Shown one piece after another: positions 1 through 11,374 of a stretch of 64,000 nucleotides of DNA. Source of the DNA: Vicugna vicugna (Eukaryota). The notes under the pieces were generated by a model, which made no database searches, was not told where the DNA came from, and saw only the letters and a list, made by a program, of their open reading frames with translations. The first letter of the stretch is position 1. Every line of letters starts with the position of its first letter. Location of the stretch: contig MU058045.1 in the NCBI GenBank assembly GCA_013265495.1, positions 381,241-445,240 of the forward strand, read 5' to 3'. A program made the translations under genes and the position numbers.

Positions 1-249
1 CTATTGGCATTTGGCAAATATCAATATCCATTCATGACTGAAAAAAAACAGACAAGTCTTAATAAATAAAATAAATACTTAGAATAAAAGTATACTTTCC
101 TAACCTGATAAATTGAGTCTACCAAAATATATAGGAAATACCATCCTTACTGGTGAAGCATTAAGATGATGCATTAAGAATGGAGAAACATTCCTTTTTA
201 AGATCCGGAATGAAACAAGCGTGACCTCTATCATCACGTTTATTTATCT

Positions 250-770
250 TCATCCAAGAAAGGAAGTCTGATCATGTTCCCAATGGCTCTACTTTCGACA
301 GCATAACAGAGAAAACGAAACAGGAGACTCACATAAACTTTAAATGCCTCAGCTGCCTCAAAATTCTAAAAAATCCTTGATTGGTGAACCACATGGAACA
401 CCATTTGGAACTTGAGAAGCAGAGGGATGACCCTGGGAAGGCCACGCCCCTGCCACGCCCCACACCTGCCACATCACCCTGACAGTTGACCCAACACCCA
501 TGGACCCTCCAAGGTTTGTCAGTTCTGACTTACCACCTGAGACACATCAGGCCCTATTACCACACAGGACCATCACAAACCCAGTGAAAGGCCCTACATT
601 TCCCAAGTTTACGATTACATCTGAGAATATGTTGTGAAGGCACCGAAAATTTGATTTGGTCTATTTTGTCTCAAAATTTCCAAAATTGCAACACCATACG
701 TGATTCCTAATTGGAAGCAGAAAAGGAGAGCCTTTTAGGATTCCAGGTGCCGGCCACAGTTTTAAATTTT
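250..770 (+). pseudogene. Decayed ZNF280-family (ZNF280A/B-like) C2H2 zinc-finger gene fragment
   Basis: 321-440 translates QETHINFKCLSCLKILKNP*LVNHMEHHLELEKQRDDPGK; 568-618 DHHKPSERPYISQVYDY; 667-702 CLKISKIATPYV; about 742-770 SRCRPQF. These are collinear with the remembered ZNF280 motifs KTHTTFKCLSC..VLKN..FMNH..HHLE.EKQR, DHHKPGEMPYVCQVC, CLK.FK.ATPYM and KCRLQFL. There is an in-frame TGA at 378-380, plus frameshifts and deletions. Confidence 0.75.
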
Positions 771-1615
771 CATCTCTGCCGTATCGGAGTCTGGTTTTGA
801 TGCTTGCTCTGTCTCTTCAAACTGTTCTGACTTTTAGTATGCCTCGTAAATTGTTGTTCAAAGCCAGACAAGATGCACTGGGTAAAAGGAACTGCTATAA
901 ATAGGCCTTCAGTGATGTGGCCTTGAGGTTTGGGGGAGCTTGAAGCATTCTCCAGGCCTCTGAGCAGGTCTCAATGTTTTAGTGAGCCTGTGCCTCTGGG
1001 CTGTAAGCTTTGCAGGTGTTTCTCAGTGTTCTCGTCCCATTAGGTGGGGCAGGATTGTTAGAGGGGGCTAGAGCTGGGTATCTCCCTTCTCCCAGGTGGC
1101 TTAGGCTCTGGTAAAATAGTTTCTCTTGAGGGTAGACTTGTTAAGAACAGGAGGCTCTGGGTAAATTTCAAAATGGCTTTTTTTCCTCCTCCTGACAGAA
1201 GCAGATGAAGGTTTTTCTCTGATCTTCACCGTTAAGACCCTGGGGTTTAGCTCCAGGAGGTAAAACTCAGAAAATGGACCACTCCCCCTAAGACTGGCCC
1301 CACTCGGAGTTTTAAACTCTCAGGCTGTCCACACCGAGCCTCCAGCAATTCTCCGATCATCATTGGATTTTCCTGCCCTGATGGTGTTCCACTGGAGGTT
1401 TCCGTTCACGTGTTTCTGCCCGGGTAAGTTGTCATTCTTTCTACCTGCCCCGTCTGTCTCTCCAGTTTAGGGGCAGGGGCAGTGGTTTACCCTGTGACCC
1501 CAGTTCTCCAGTGGATCTAAGAAAAGTTGTTGATTCAGTTTGTTCAGCTTTCTACTCGTTAGGATGGAGTGACAACTTCCAAGCTCCTTACATCCCAGAC
1601 AGGAAACTGGAACTC
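771..1615 (-). mobile_element. Old L1 (L1M-type) 5'-region fragment
   Basis: Sequence such as tctggttttgatgcttgctctgtctcttcaaactg...gggtaaaaggaactg resembles ancient L1M 5' consensus (from memory). No ORF. Confidence 0.5.
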
Positions 1616-3257
1616 TCTCCTTCTCTTTTTAAATAACAGCTTTATTGAGATATAATTCATATCCAACAAAATTCACCCAATTCACCTAATTCAACCTAAT
1701 CCAAGGTTACAAAGACTTAGGGGTACATTTTCTTCTAAGAGTTTTATAGTTATAGTGCTTACATTTAGATCTATGATCTGTTTGGGGTTAACTTTTGTAT
1801 ATGGTGTGCAGTGGGGATCCAGCTTCGTTCTTTTACACATGGCAACCCAGTTGTCCTAGCACCATTTGTGGAAAACAAATTTAGTTGACTTGGCAGCCTT
1901 ATTAAAAATTGGTTGACCGTAAAGGTAAGGGTTTACGCCTTGCTAATTCTTACTCAGTCTTAACATGTCAAATCAAACTTACCTTCCTCAATGATGCCTT
2001 CCCTGACTATCCCCCGACTCTCTGCACCTAACTGGATAGGTTCTTTGTAATGCGATACCCAACCTCCCATTCAAGTATTACCTACTTGCTTGCTCCGAGC
2101 CTGTCTCTGCAGATTCAGACTCCCTGAAGCTGCCTGGTCCCTACTGGGCTCCCTGGAGTCCTTTTGAAGGAAGGTCGGTTTTTGCCTGAAGGAACTGCGT
2201 TCTACGGTGACCAGATCATCTCTGTTTGCCTGGCACTGAAGGTCCAAGGTCGCGTGAAATACCTCAGTCCCAGGCAATGTGGATGGATGGTCACCCTCCT
2301 GTTAATGCTCCAGGACAGGCTTGGGGCGGGGGGGGGGGGCTCCCTGCCCAGGCCTGAGTCCTTGTCACGCCCTCAACTCTCCTCAAAGCCTGTGAACCGC
2401 ATTCCTCTTGTATCCGTGCTCCACCAACCATGGGGGCTTCCTGGTGCCTCCATCACCACCTCAGTCACTTGTCAGGCTCCCAGCTCTGCAAGGGAAACGG
2501 GGTCAGGGAGGCTTGCTCAGCCCCTCTGAGGACTCTCGCTCTCCTGAGACAGCCCAGGCCAACCCCAGAAGCTGAGCGTCTGAGAGAGGGCAGGGCTGCG
2601 TCTACCAGAGGGGCTTCCATGCCAAGCCGCAGCCTGCCTGGTAGGAGGGTCTCTTCGAGAACTGCCCATGATTCTTGTTCTTAAAGCTTTGTGAGGAGGT
2701 CATTCTTTATCCACTCTGCTAGGAGGATCTCAGGAGAGATTCCTCCATGATACTGATTGTAATACCAAGAGCAGAAGGAGTTTTCCTGAGCAACTGCTTG
2801 GTTGTTTATCTCAGGGACCCTTAGAACCATGTCACTGACTGAGTCCCCCCTCCCTGTATCAGCTGCTGGGATGTTCAGAGCAGATCTGCAGCCCCTCCCC
2901 CAACGCAAAGCCGTCAGGGCATCACAGTCCCCAGTTTTTAAAATTTCACACATCTTCCCGGCATGAGATGGTCCCATCTTGCTTTCTCCTTCCTCCTCCC
3001 CTTTCTGTGCTTTATTGAGGTAAAATTACATCTAGTGAAATGCACACATCTTATGCATACAACTGGCCGAGTTTTGACAACTCAGATGTAGACACCCATG
3101 TACCAACACCCAAATCAAGAGAAAGAGCATTGCTACACCCAGAAAGTTCCCTCCCTTTGCAGTCAACTCCTCACCCTGAAACTGTCCTTTCTCTACTTTT
3201 AATATATTCTCTTTTTTCTTTTCTTTTTTTCTTTATTTACCAGATTTTATTTTTATT

Positions 3258-3490
3258 TTTATTTTTTAAACATTTTTTATTGATTTATAATCATTTTACA
3301 ATGTTGTGTCAAATTCCAGTGTAGAGCACAATTTTTCAGTTATACATGAACATGCATATGTTCATTGTCACATTTTTTTCTCTGTGAGCTACCATAAGAT
3401 CTTGTATATATTTCCCTGTGCTATACAGTATAATCTTGTTTATCTATTCCACATTTTGAAATCCCAGTCTATCCCTTCCAACCCCCCTAT
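3258..3490 (-). mobile_element. L1 3' UTR fragment (lineage-specific L1)
   Basis: T-rich tail followed by the antisense L1 3'-end motifs tttacaatgttgtg...ttccctgtgctatacagt. Confidence 0.6.
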
Positions 3491-3494
3491 TCTC

Positions 3495-3668
3495 TTTTTT
3501 TTTCATGTATTTATTTTATTTTATTTTGGGGGTTTTTTTTGGAAGGGGGAGGTAATTGGGTTTTATTTATTTAACATTTATTTATTTATTTTAATGGAGG
3601 TATTGGGGACTGAACCCAGAACCTCGTGCATGCTAAGCATGCGCTCTACCACTGAGCTATCCCCTCCC
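3495..3668 (-). mobile_element. tRNA-derived SINE (camelid Vic-1-like)
   Basis: Reverse complement has the head GGGAGGGGATAGCTCAGTGGTAGAGCGCATGCTTAGCATGCACGAGGTTCTGGGTTCAGTCCCCAATACCTCC (Pol III A/B boxes), then AAATAAAT repeats, a TAATTACCTCCCCC motif and an A-rich tail. Confidence 0.85.
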
Positions 3669-4648
3669 TTGCTTCGTGTATTCTTTTAAATACCTTAAAT
3701 CCTCTGCTGGATTGAGAAAGGGCATGAATAATTAGGATATTAAAGTGCTGGAGAAGTCCCAGCGCTGGCTCATTCCCTTACAAAGCTTACCTCTCAAATG
3801 GGAGAATGACACCCACAGAGCACAGAATGCTGACAAAGCTCGGATCCCACTATCGGAGACCTTCTGACCACGTGCCTGGTCCCCGCCAGGCCCTCCTCCC
3901 CTCCCCGTGTCTGGAAGCGCCCCTACCTCTCGCTACCCAGCCTGGAGCTGCTTCCCGGGACACTTCCCTGTGCGTGACGCTTGCCTTCATTCCATTGTCC
4001 GTTTCCACCTCTGATGATTATGGACCCTTCAACCCACCCCAAACTTGGTCTTCACAGTTCATTCTACAAACCATTTTTGCTACATGCCTGTCACTGAGCT
4101 GGGTGAGGGGGACACAGAGAGCCAAGGATGTTCTGGCCCTCTGGTAAGTAAGGGGCTTGCTTACCATGTGTAACGTCTTCTCATAGTACAGGTGACCTCA
4201 AAGGACGAGAATCCCCGTGAACTCACCCACACCAGCCTGAGCTAGGCCCTCCACAGCACCCGGCCACCTGAGGTCCTTGAGTTTATTAAGGTATTCCAAA
4301 ATATTTATTTTATGTTTGCTATATGCCACTCACGGTTCTAGCCACTTAGGACACATCAGTAATTTAAAGTGTGAGGTCCCCTGCCCTTGGGGAGCTTCAT
4401 TGTAATGGGAGAAAACACATAATAACTGGAAGAAATAAGTAAACCATGTAGTATGTGAGAAAGTGGCCACTGCTATGGCAAAAGGGAAAAGGACAGGATG
4501 GGGCATCAGGAATCTGGAGCCGGGGACAGATTTGGGATTAAGTGAGGTGGTCAGGGAGGGCCTCATTGAGCAGGGGAGATTTGGGCAAAGATTTGAAAGA
4601 GGTGAGGCAGGGATGCCGGTGGGTATCTAAGGAAAGCCCGTTCTAGGC

Positions 4649-4830
4649 CAGTGGTTCTCAGTCCATGGTGACTTCTGCCTCTTACCCAAGGAACTTTTGC
4701 CAACATTGTTGTCACAACTGCGTGTATGTGGGGGTGCTACTGGCACCCAGAAGGGAGAGGCTGTAAACATCCTACAATACACAGGACAGCCCCACGACAG
4801 AATTAGCCAGCCAAAGAGAAATTGGTCCAG
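4649..4830. mobile_element. MER20-like hAT DNA transposon fragment within L2-like sequence
   Basis: Starts cagtggttctc and contains ggtgctactggca...aaacatcctacaatacacaggacagcccc, typical of MER20. Confidence 0.65.
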
Positions 4831-6379
4831 TAGCAGGAATAGCCAGTGCAAAGGCCCTGTGGCAGAAGCATGCCTGGTGCTTGTAGAACTGCTTGGAGCC
4901 CATATGGCTGGAGGGAGGAAACAGGAGCCAAGGTTAGAGGGGGAAGGGCAGGGAGGCCAGTGATGTGAGGATCCACTGCAAGGTTTGAGGTGGAGGAGTG
5001 ATGTCATCTCACTGTTTTAGAGGCTCCGTCAGGCTGCTGTGCTGGAAACAGGCTGCAGGACGGCAGTGTCTGAGTAGAAGCAGGAGCAGGACCAAGGCAG
5101 TGACCCTGAGAGCCAGTCGGCCTCCTGTTCAGACTTTCTCTTTCCTTAAGGCTCTGACCCCCAGCCTTCCCCTTTGCTCTCAGCCAAGGACCTCATCTCA
5201 GTCCTCAGCAAAAGCAGCAGCTGTGAGATGGGACTGCTCACCTCACCCCTTGCCACTACACCTGGAACCCTGATGGCCGCTCCCCTACCCTGACCCTCCC
5301 ATAGGCCAAGCCCCAGGTGAGAACCCAGGATTCCCCATCAGCCATTCCCTTCACTGCGCAGATGCGCTCCTGTGTCTCCCAGGTGAGAAACCAACCAACC
5401 CACCCCAGTGGCAGACCGGTCCTTCAACACAGGAGACTCTGGAAGGGGGTCACCAACTGGTGCCAACCTTCTGAACTGTTGAATTCCTTTGTTATGAAAG
5501 ATCCTAGGAATTCCCTCCACCTCACAGTGTGACATCTTCTTGCCCTGAGCCCACATTCCTCTTTCAATAGAACAGAAGGGGAGAATGGAAAATATTTAAC
5601 AAAAATGACAAAATCTACTAAAAAAAAAAAACACCCTCCCACTGGCCCTGGAGGCCCCCTTCGGCTACCGTCCCCCACCCCTCCCTGAGCACTTTGGGAT
5701 CAAACCTCACCTTCACCCACTGCAGACTGGTTTCTGCTTCCCCAGCTCCACCAAGCCTGTTCTAACCTCCTGGTTGTTAAATCCGCACAGCCAACCCCTC
5801 CCTGCTCCCTGATACCCTGTCCTCTCCTCCTGTCCGGCTGGCTGCTCCTCTTCCAGTCTTCTGAAGTTCCTCAGGGTTCAGCCAGACTCCACTTCTCCTC
5901 TCTCCTTGCTTTCTCTCCCTGGATGAGCCCCTCCCACAACTTTAAATTTTGTTTAAAATATCATTTATAGCCTCAGCCTGGCTCCAACCTGAAACATCCA
6001 AGTGCCAGGCAGACTTCTCTGCTTGGGCATCTCACAGGCACTTGACCCTAACACGCTCAGAGTGGAACTCCTTGTCTCAAACCTGTTCCTCCCTGGAGGT
6101 CCCCATCCCAATGTATGGTACCCACATCCACCCAGCTGCTCAAGCCAATTTTGCTGCCCTTTGTTCCTCCTCTCCTTTGGGATTATTTCCAAGTTGTGTT
6201 GCTATTCTGTGTCATGAATATGTCTCAAGGTCGCCCACATCTCTCCATCTCCACCGCCTCCTCCTCCTCCTTAACTGCCATCATCCTTCTCCTGGAGCCT
6301 CCAGCCAGGCACCATGCCTCCTCCGTGGCTCCCTCCAGTTTTTCCATGTGATCTTTCTCAGTGGAGACCCTAAAGCCAA

Positions 6380-6790
6380 AAGTTCAATTTCCCAGCATCC
6401 CTTGCAGCTGATGGGGGGCACATGACCCAGCCTGATCCAGAAGGACCACTGCCCTCCTCAGACTTTGGTTCGAGGCCAAACAAAGCAACAACAAGTACAT
6501 CCAGCCCGGGGCCAGCAGCGGCCTCCAGCATCCGGGGCCAGTGATGCTGGAGGTCCTGGCTGTGTGTCTGTGTCCTGCAGGGCCTGTGGTGCGTATGTCC
6601 TCTCCAGGCCAGACCTGCAGTGAGCTCTGGTCCCTGTCCACACTGCGGTTGCCTTGACCCGGCTTGTTTCCTGAGCCTGGCTCTCCAGCCTTCCTAGTGA
6701 TTCTGGGAGCTCCCTCTGGCCTTCTGATAAACTCCTTTTCTGCTTATAAACACCAGGGATGGTTTTTTTGCTTTCAGCTAAAAAGTCTAA
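6380..6790. mobile_element. MLT1-type (ERVL-MaLR) LTR remnant
   Basis: Reverse strand carries MLT1-like signatures: aagcagaaaaggagtttat, ggaaggctggagagccaggct, gggtcatgtgccc...agctgcaagggatgctgggaaa. Confidence 0.5.
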
Positions 6791-6949
6791 TGGCTCAGCC
6801 ATAGACAAAGACTTGAGACAGAGGTGGGAGCCTTAAGTCCTGCTTGTCTGAGGGTCCTACGTGAGCTTCAGGCCCAGGCTCTGCCTGGGGGACTCGCCCA
6901 GCAGAGCCTGAGCAGGACTCTGAAGTGGTGGGGGCAGGGGCTGAGAACA

Positions 6950-7105
6950 CCCTTCCCAGAGCAAGGTCCCAGACCAGCAGCAGAGGCATCCTCTGAAATG
7001 CAAATTCTCCTTCCCGGACCTACAGGATCCAAAACACTGGTGATGGGGCCCAGCAACTGATGCTTTAACAAGCCCTCAAGGTGACTCAGATGTCCCTAAA
7101 GGTTG
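6950..7105. mobile_element. MER5A-like hAT DNA transposon fragment
   Basis: gaccagcagc...gaaatgcaaattctc...tggggcccagcaa...tttaacaagccctc..ggtgactc. Confidence 0.6.
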
Positions 7106-7920
7106 CCCTAGAGCTTCAGGGAGGAGCCATGTGCAGCAGAAAAAGCAACAGACAGAAACTAGAGACCCAGCTCTAACCCTGGACTAGTTGACTTCATCCT
7201 CATTTGCCTGACTTCTCTGAGTCTAGTTTTCTTTCATCTATAAAACAAGGCTCATTCTATCACCACAGGGCTTTTTCTGATGACTAAATTAAATAACACT
7301 ATACATGCAATGCCAAGAGCGGGCCTGGCACACAGGAGAGGCCCAGTAAACGGCAGTCATCGCTGTTCAGACTGGTTGTAATCAGTCCTCTTAGTGGACA
7401 GCTGTGCAAACTTGGGCACGGCCCCAAGTGTCTCAACCTCATGTTTTTTGTTTTTTTTTTTCTCTCTGTAACATGCAGATAACAACCCTCCCCTCCCAGG
7501 CTTGTTTGGCGAATCAAGGAAGATAAAATATGAAAGCAATGTTTTATCTAAACTAAAACATGAACCTAGTAAAACACAAAGGAAGACACAAAAGTCTGAA
7601 AATATGCAACCTAAGATGGGATGGGCTCACCCGTGGGCTTCTCGTCCGGCCTGGGCTCCGACTGTGGGCAGGGACTGCGCTGGGCGGTGGGGATCCAGCA
7701 ATGAGCTGGGAGATATATTTTTTGCCCTTGAAATCACTCAGAGTTGAACTTTTAACTCATTCAGACCAGAGTAGACCGCTGCTCATATTTCTCCAGTGAA
7801 ACATTTACATAGAGTGGCATATACATATATATATACAGGTATATTTACATATATATTCATAGATATCTAACTACAAATTCTCTCTCTCTATATATATAAA
7901 ACATAAAGCTTTGTCTCTAC

Positions 7921-7948
<28 letters not shown>
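7921..7948. repeat. (GT)14 microsatellite next to TA-rich low-complexity sequence
   Basis: Read directly from the sequence. Confidence 0.95.
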
Positions 7949-7951
<3 letters not shown>

Positions 7952-8385
7952 ATTACATTGATTTGAATTAGATTTAAGCTGAGGTAAGTTTTGAAAATGC
8001 ACATTTGAACAATGTGTTGATAATTCCTTCCTCACTGTATTCATTTATTGACTAGGGGAGACACGCCTGCGGGCAAGAGGGTTTATGGCAACAATTCTGT
8101 CTCACTGCAGACCCTCAGATACCCAGTTCCCTTTCTGCCTGGGAAAATGCTGGTACCAGTTTCTCGTGTCTCCTTCCAGAAACATAAGCTGTGTGTATAC
8201 AAGTTATATGTGTGTGTGTCTCTGTGTACATGTGTGTTTTACACTTTTGCTCTTTTAACTTAACAATATGTAATAGAGCTCGTTTCTTAAATGGCTGCAT
8301 GTGTGCATTAGCTATTGTCCACGATTTTTCTGCCACAAGCAATTATATGATGACAAAATATACTGCTTTAAAGTACACCATGGTA

Positions 8386-8510
8386 GGGGGAGGCTATAGC
8401 TCAAGTGGTAGAGCACATGCTTAGCGTGCACGAGGTTCTGGGTTCAATCCCCAGTACCTCCTCTAAGAATAAATGTAAGTAAACCTGTTTACCTCCCTCC
8501 ACCAAAAATA
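8386..8510 (+). mobile_element. tRNA-derived SINE (Vic-1-like) with target-site duplication
   Basis: GGGGGAGGCTATAGCTCAAGTGGTAGAGCACATGCTTAGC...GGGTTCAATCCCCAGTACCTCC. TSD is aaagtacaccatg (8370-8382) / aaagtatgccatg (8511-8523). Confidence 0.9.
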
Positions 8511-10151
8511 AAAGTATGCCATGAGGTGACCCCAACTCTCCACTCGAGCAGAATCTGACCACCCCATCCCCAGCCAAGCCTGATTTCTTTTCAGCCTGCT
8601 TTCCCATTTGAGACCCAGATTGCTGGGTGGCCTATCCAAGGCCTTACTAGTGGAGACTAGGATCCAGGTTTCCCATTTCCCAACCCACCTCCAGCCAAGG
8701 GGTTAATGGCACTGGCAGACACGATGAAGGTATTTTTTTTTATTGATTTGTGTCTTCCCAAAAGGGTCTGAGGTGGCTGCCATTAGGTATCAGGACCTGA
8801 TGTTTGCTTTTTCCGTCTCTCCTGCTTGGAGTGAGGCCATATGGCCTGACCCATCACAGCCAAGCTAGAACTGAGTCAGCCTGCAGCTCAGGACCAAGGT
8901 TGAGGCAGGTGCTAAAAGGCCAGGGCCCAGATTAGATCAATCATATTAGCTGTCAGGTCAAACACCATGTTGCCAACGTAGCCAAGTCTGAGCTTCAGGC
9001 CAGTGGGGTCCAGTGCACACCCAACCCGGGACTCTGGCCCCCTCCTGACATCCAATATCGTTTGCGCTGAGTCTAACTTTACGGTAGATGTGAAACAGAC
9101 GGAGAGCTGAAGATAAAAGTAAAGACCTTGCGACCCAGGAAACTGAAATAGAGAAGGTACAAAAGCAAAGAAGTAGATGCCAGTCAAGCTAGTGACTGCC
9201 CGCCTAACCCTGGAGTGCCGATCCCTCTTCTCACCAGTCCTACCCAGTCTTCAAGGCCAGGTCCTCTTTCCCCTCCTCTGGGGAGTAATGGAACACGTGG
9301 GGAAAGAGGAAGGCACTTTGGAGACCCAGGTTTAAATTCTGCTCCTTTCACTTCCTGGCAAAATCATTCATTCTTTCATGCGACAAATATTTCTGGAGCA
9401 CCTTTATTACTGTGTGAGGCATAAGCCAAGTTCCAGGAACAAAGATAAATAAATCACAGCCCCTGCACCCATGGAGCTGACAACAGGGAGTCAGATGAGT
9501 AAACAGACAATGACCCGAGGGACAGCAGCACGATCAGGTGAGCACCGGCAGCTGGAACACAGAGGGAGGCCCTCATCCAGCGGAGGACGCGTAGGGAGCC
9601 TGAAAGGCCCAGGCAGAATCCTTTGGAGAATTCCCTGGGACCAATCAGGAAAAAGTCACCATTCATTCAACAAAAATATTAAGTGCCTACTGTGTGCCCG
9701 GCACTCATCAGAGCACTGGAGACACAGTGGTCCACAGCACAGACTCATGGGATGTCACACTCCAGTGAGGGGACAGACAAGAAATACAAATTCTGTAAGT
9801 GCAATGATGGAAACAGTGTTGAGATTAAGGGTCACGTTGCAGGTGGGAAGGGGATACAAATGTGGGAGGGAAGATGAGGAAGAATCTCATGGTGTTGGAC
9901 CAGAATTAAAGTTGTCATATGAATTTATTCTATAATATTTATAGATCCTATCTGTGTCTGATAAAGGGTCTAGAAGCAGTGATATTTCCACAATATCCAG
10001 TGAGTTTACCTTGTGCTTAGATCTTGTTTCTAATACACCTCTCTGTGCCAGGAAACAGAGTTCCTTTGATGAATAGGCTGCTGGTCCCAGGGCTGGTGCA
10101 GAGGAAGTACAATGTGTGCCTGGAGCATCTTACTGTGTTAGAACTGAGCAC

Positions 10152-10301
10152 AGGAGAAGGAGGGAAAAGGAGGAGGAGAAGTGAGGGAGGAAAGGGAAGG
10201 GAAAGAGGAAGAAGGGGAAGAAAGGGAAAAGAGGAAGGAGAAGAGGAAAAGGAGGAGGAGGAGGGAAGGAGAAGAAGGAGGAGGAAGACAAGAAGGAAGA
10301 G
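10152..10301. repeat. Purine-rich (GGA/GAA) low-complexity tract
   Basis: About 150 nt that are almost all A/G on the + strand. Confidence 0.9.
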
Positions 10302-10464
10302 CTCAAAAACTGACGAGGATACAGGAATCAAAAGGAAAAATCTCCCACTGGATGAATCCGAAACAGAATAAATATTATTATGGATAATGACTTAATAGAT
10401 TATAAAACATTAAAAAATACATGATTAATGAATGCACAGTTATACTAAAAATAAAACCAAATAA

Positions 10465-10921
10465 TATGTCCAAGTCTATTTCTGCTTTGTAAATAAGTTC
10501 CTTTGCATCATCTTTTTAGATTCCACAGAGAAGTGATATCATATGTTATTTGCCTCTGTCTGACTTTCTTCACTTGGTATGATAATCTCTAGGTCCATCC
10601 ACATTGCTGCAAATGACATTATTTCACTCTTTTTTTTTTATGGCTGGTAACAAACTCATGGTTACCAAAGAGGAAAGGGTGGGGAGGGATAAATTTGGAG
10701 TTTGGGATTAACAGATACACACTACTATGTATAAAATAGATAAAAAACAAGGACCTACTGTAGAGCATAGGAAACTATATTCAATATCTTGTAATAACCT
10801 ATAATGGAAAAGAATTTGAAAAAAAACATATATATTATATGTATGTATATAAACTGATCACGTTGCTGTACACCTGAAACTAACACAACATTGTAAATCA
10901 ACTATTACTTCAATTAAAAAA
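10465..10921 (+). mobile_element. 5'-inverted (twin-primed) L1 3' end
   Basis: 10649-10921 is a sense L1 3' UTR ending in an A tail. 10465-10646 is the immediately upstream L1 segment in inverted orientation, as shown by the collinear copy at 13875-14075. Confidence 0.75.
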
Positions 10922-11374
10922 CAGTAAGTGCGGAAGAAGAGAAATTACAGTAGCCTGTAATTAATAAGTGCAGAGGGAGAATTAGGAAAACTGTGCTTTG
11001 AAACCAAAATAGTAATAATTGATTCTTGCAAGAGAATTTCAGTGAAAGTTAATAGTGAAAGTTTATTGGAGCACAGGACGTTTAGAGAATCTCAAATGCC
11101 TTTCCACAGATGATTTGTTCATTACAAAGATGATAAAAGTAACTTTAGAGTGGAGAAGTCTGGCACACATGTGACCTTCACCAAGGGATCAAAGTTAACA
11201 TCACCAGAAACAGAATGAGTTATGTCCTGTGCCTCCTGATATGAGGCACTAAGAAAGACACAGCAGCACTTTTTATGGCTCTCCTGCCAAAATTTGCAAA
11301 CTGATTTATTTTTTATTGTATTTATTTACTTTTGCAATCTGATTTATTTATAAGGAAAAAACTAAGGGACATTC

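Larger units (their letters stand above)
2113..8956 (+). pseudogene. Candidate decayed multi-exon immunoglobulin-superfamily gene (nectin/CD80-like C-type domain remnant plus further Ig-like remnants)
   Basis: Exon-sized island 5305-5578 after a pyrimidine tract/AG reads AKPQV...QMRSCVS(fs)PGEKPTNPPQW...LHLTV*H. 8778-8954 reads, in one frame, C...ITAKLELSQPAAQDQG*GRC*...IRSIILAV. A weaker V-like remnant lies at 2560-2815 and a possible leader exon at about 2113-2173. Stops and frameshifts occur throughout. Confidence 0.4.

Noticed and set aside
6384..6641. Apparent coding stretch (…MLEAAAGPGLDVLVVALFGLEP…) on the minus strand
   Set aside because: It lies inside an MLT1-like LTR remnant, so the resemblance is an artefact.
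8386..8460. tRNA-like sequences with A/B boxes (also near 3600, 11590, 16730, 28285 and 61840)
   Set aside because: No proper acceptor stem; each continues into a shared AT-rich body and A tail, several with TSDs. They are SINEs, not tRNA genes.
2400..9187. Protein-looking minus-strand translations (SWYYNQYHGGISPEILLAEWIKNDLL; WREFLGSFITKEFNSSEGWHQLV; GLYFYLQLSV...LRLGYVGNMVFDL; GILVL*GHLYYEKTLHM) with loose BCL2-BH2, TNF or photolyase resemblance and some splice-like sites
   Set aside because: The pieces do not point to one coherent family. Three of the four lie on or overlap the antisense of the better-supported plus-strand Ig remnants, and antisense frames of former coding DNA are often open. 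Not fully excluded without a search.
10017..10387. E/R/K-rich and L/P/S-rich ORFs
   Set aside because: Translations of the low-complexity purine tract.
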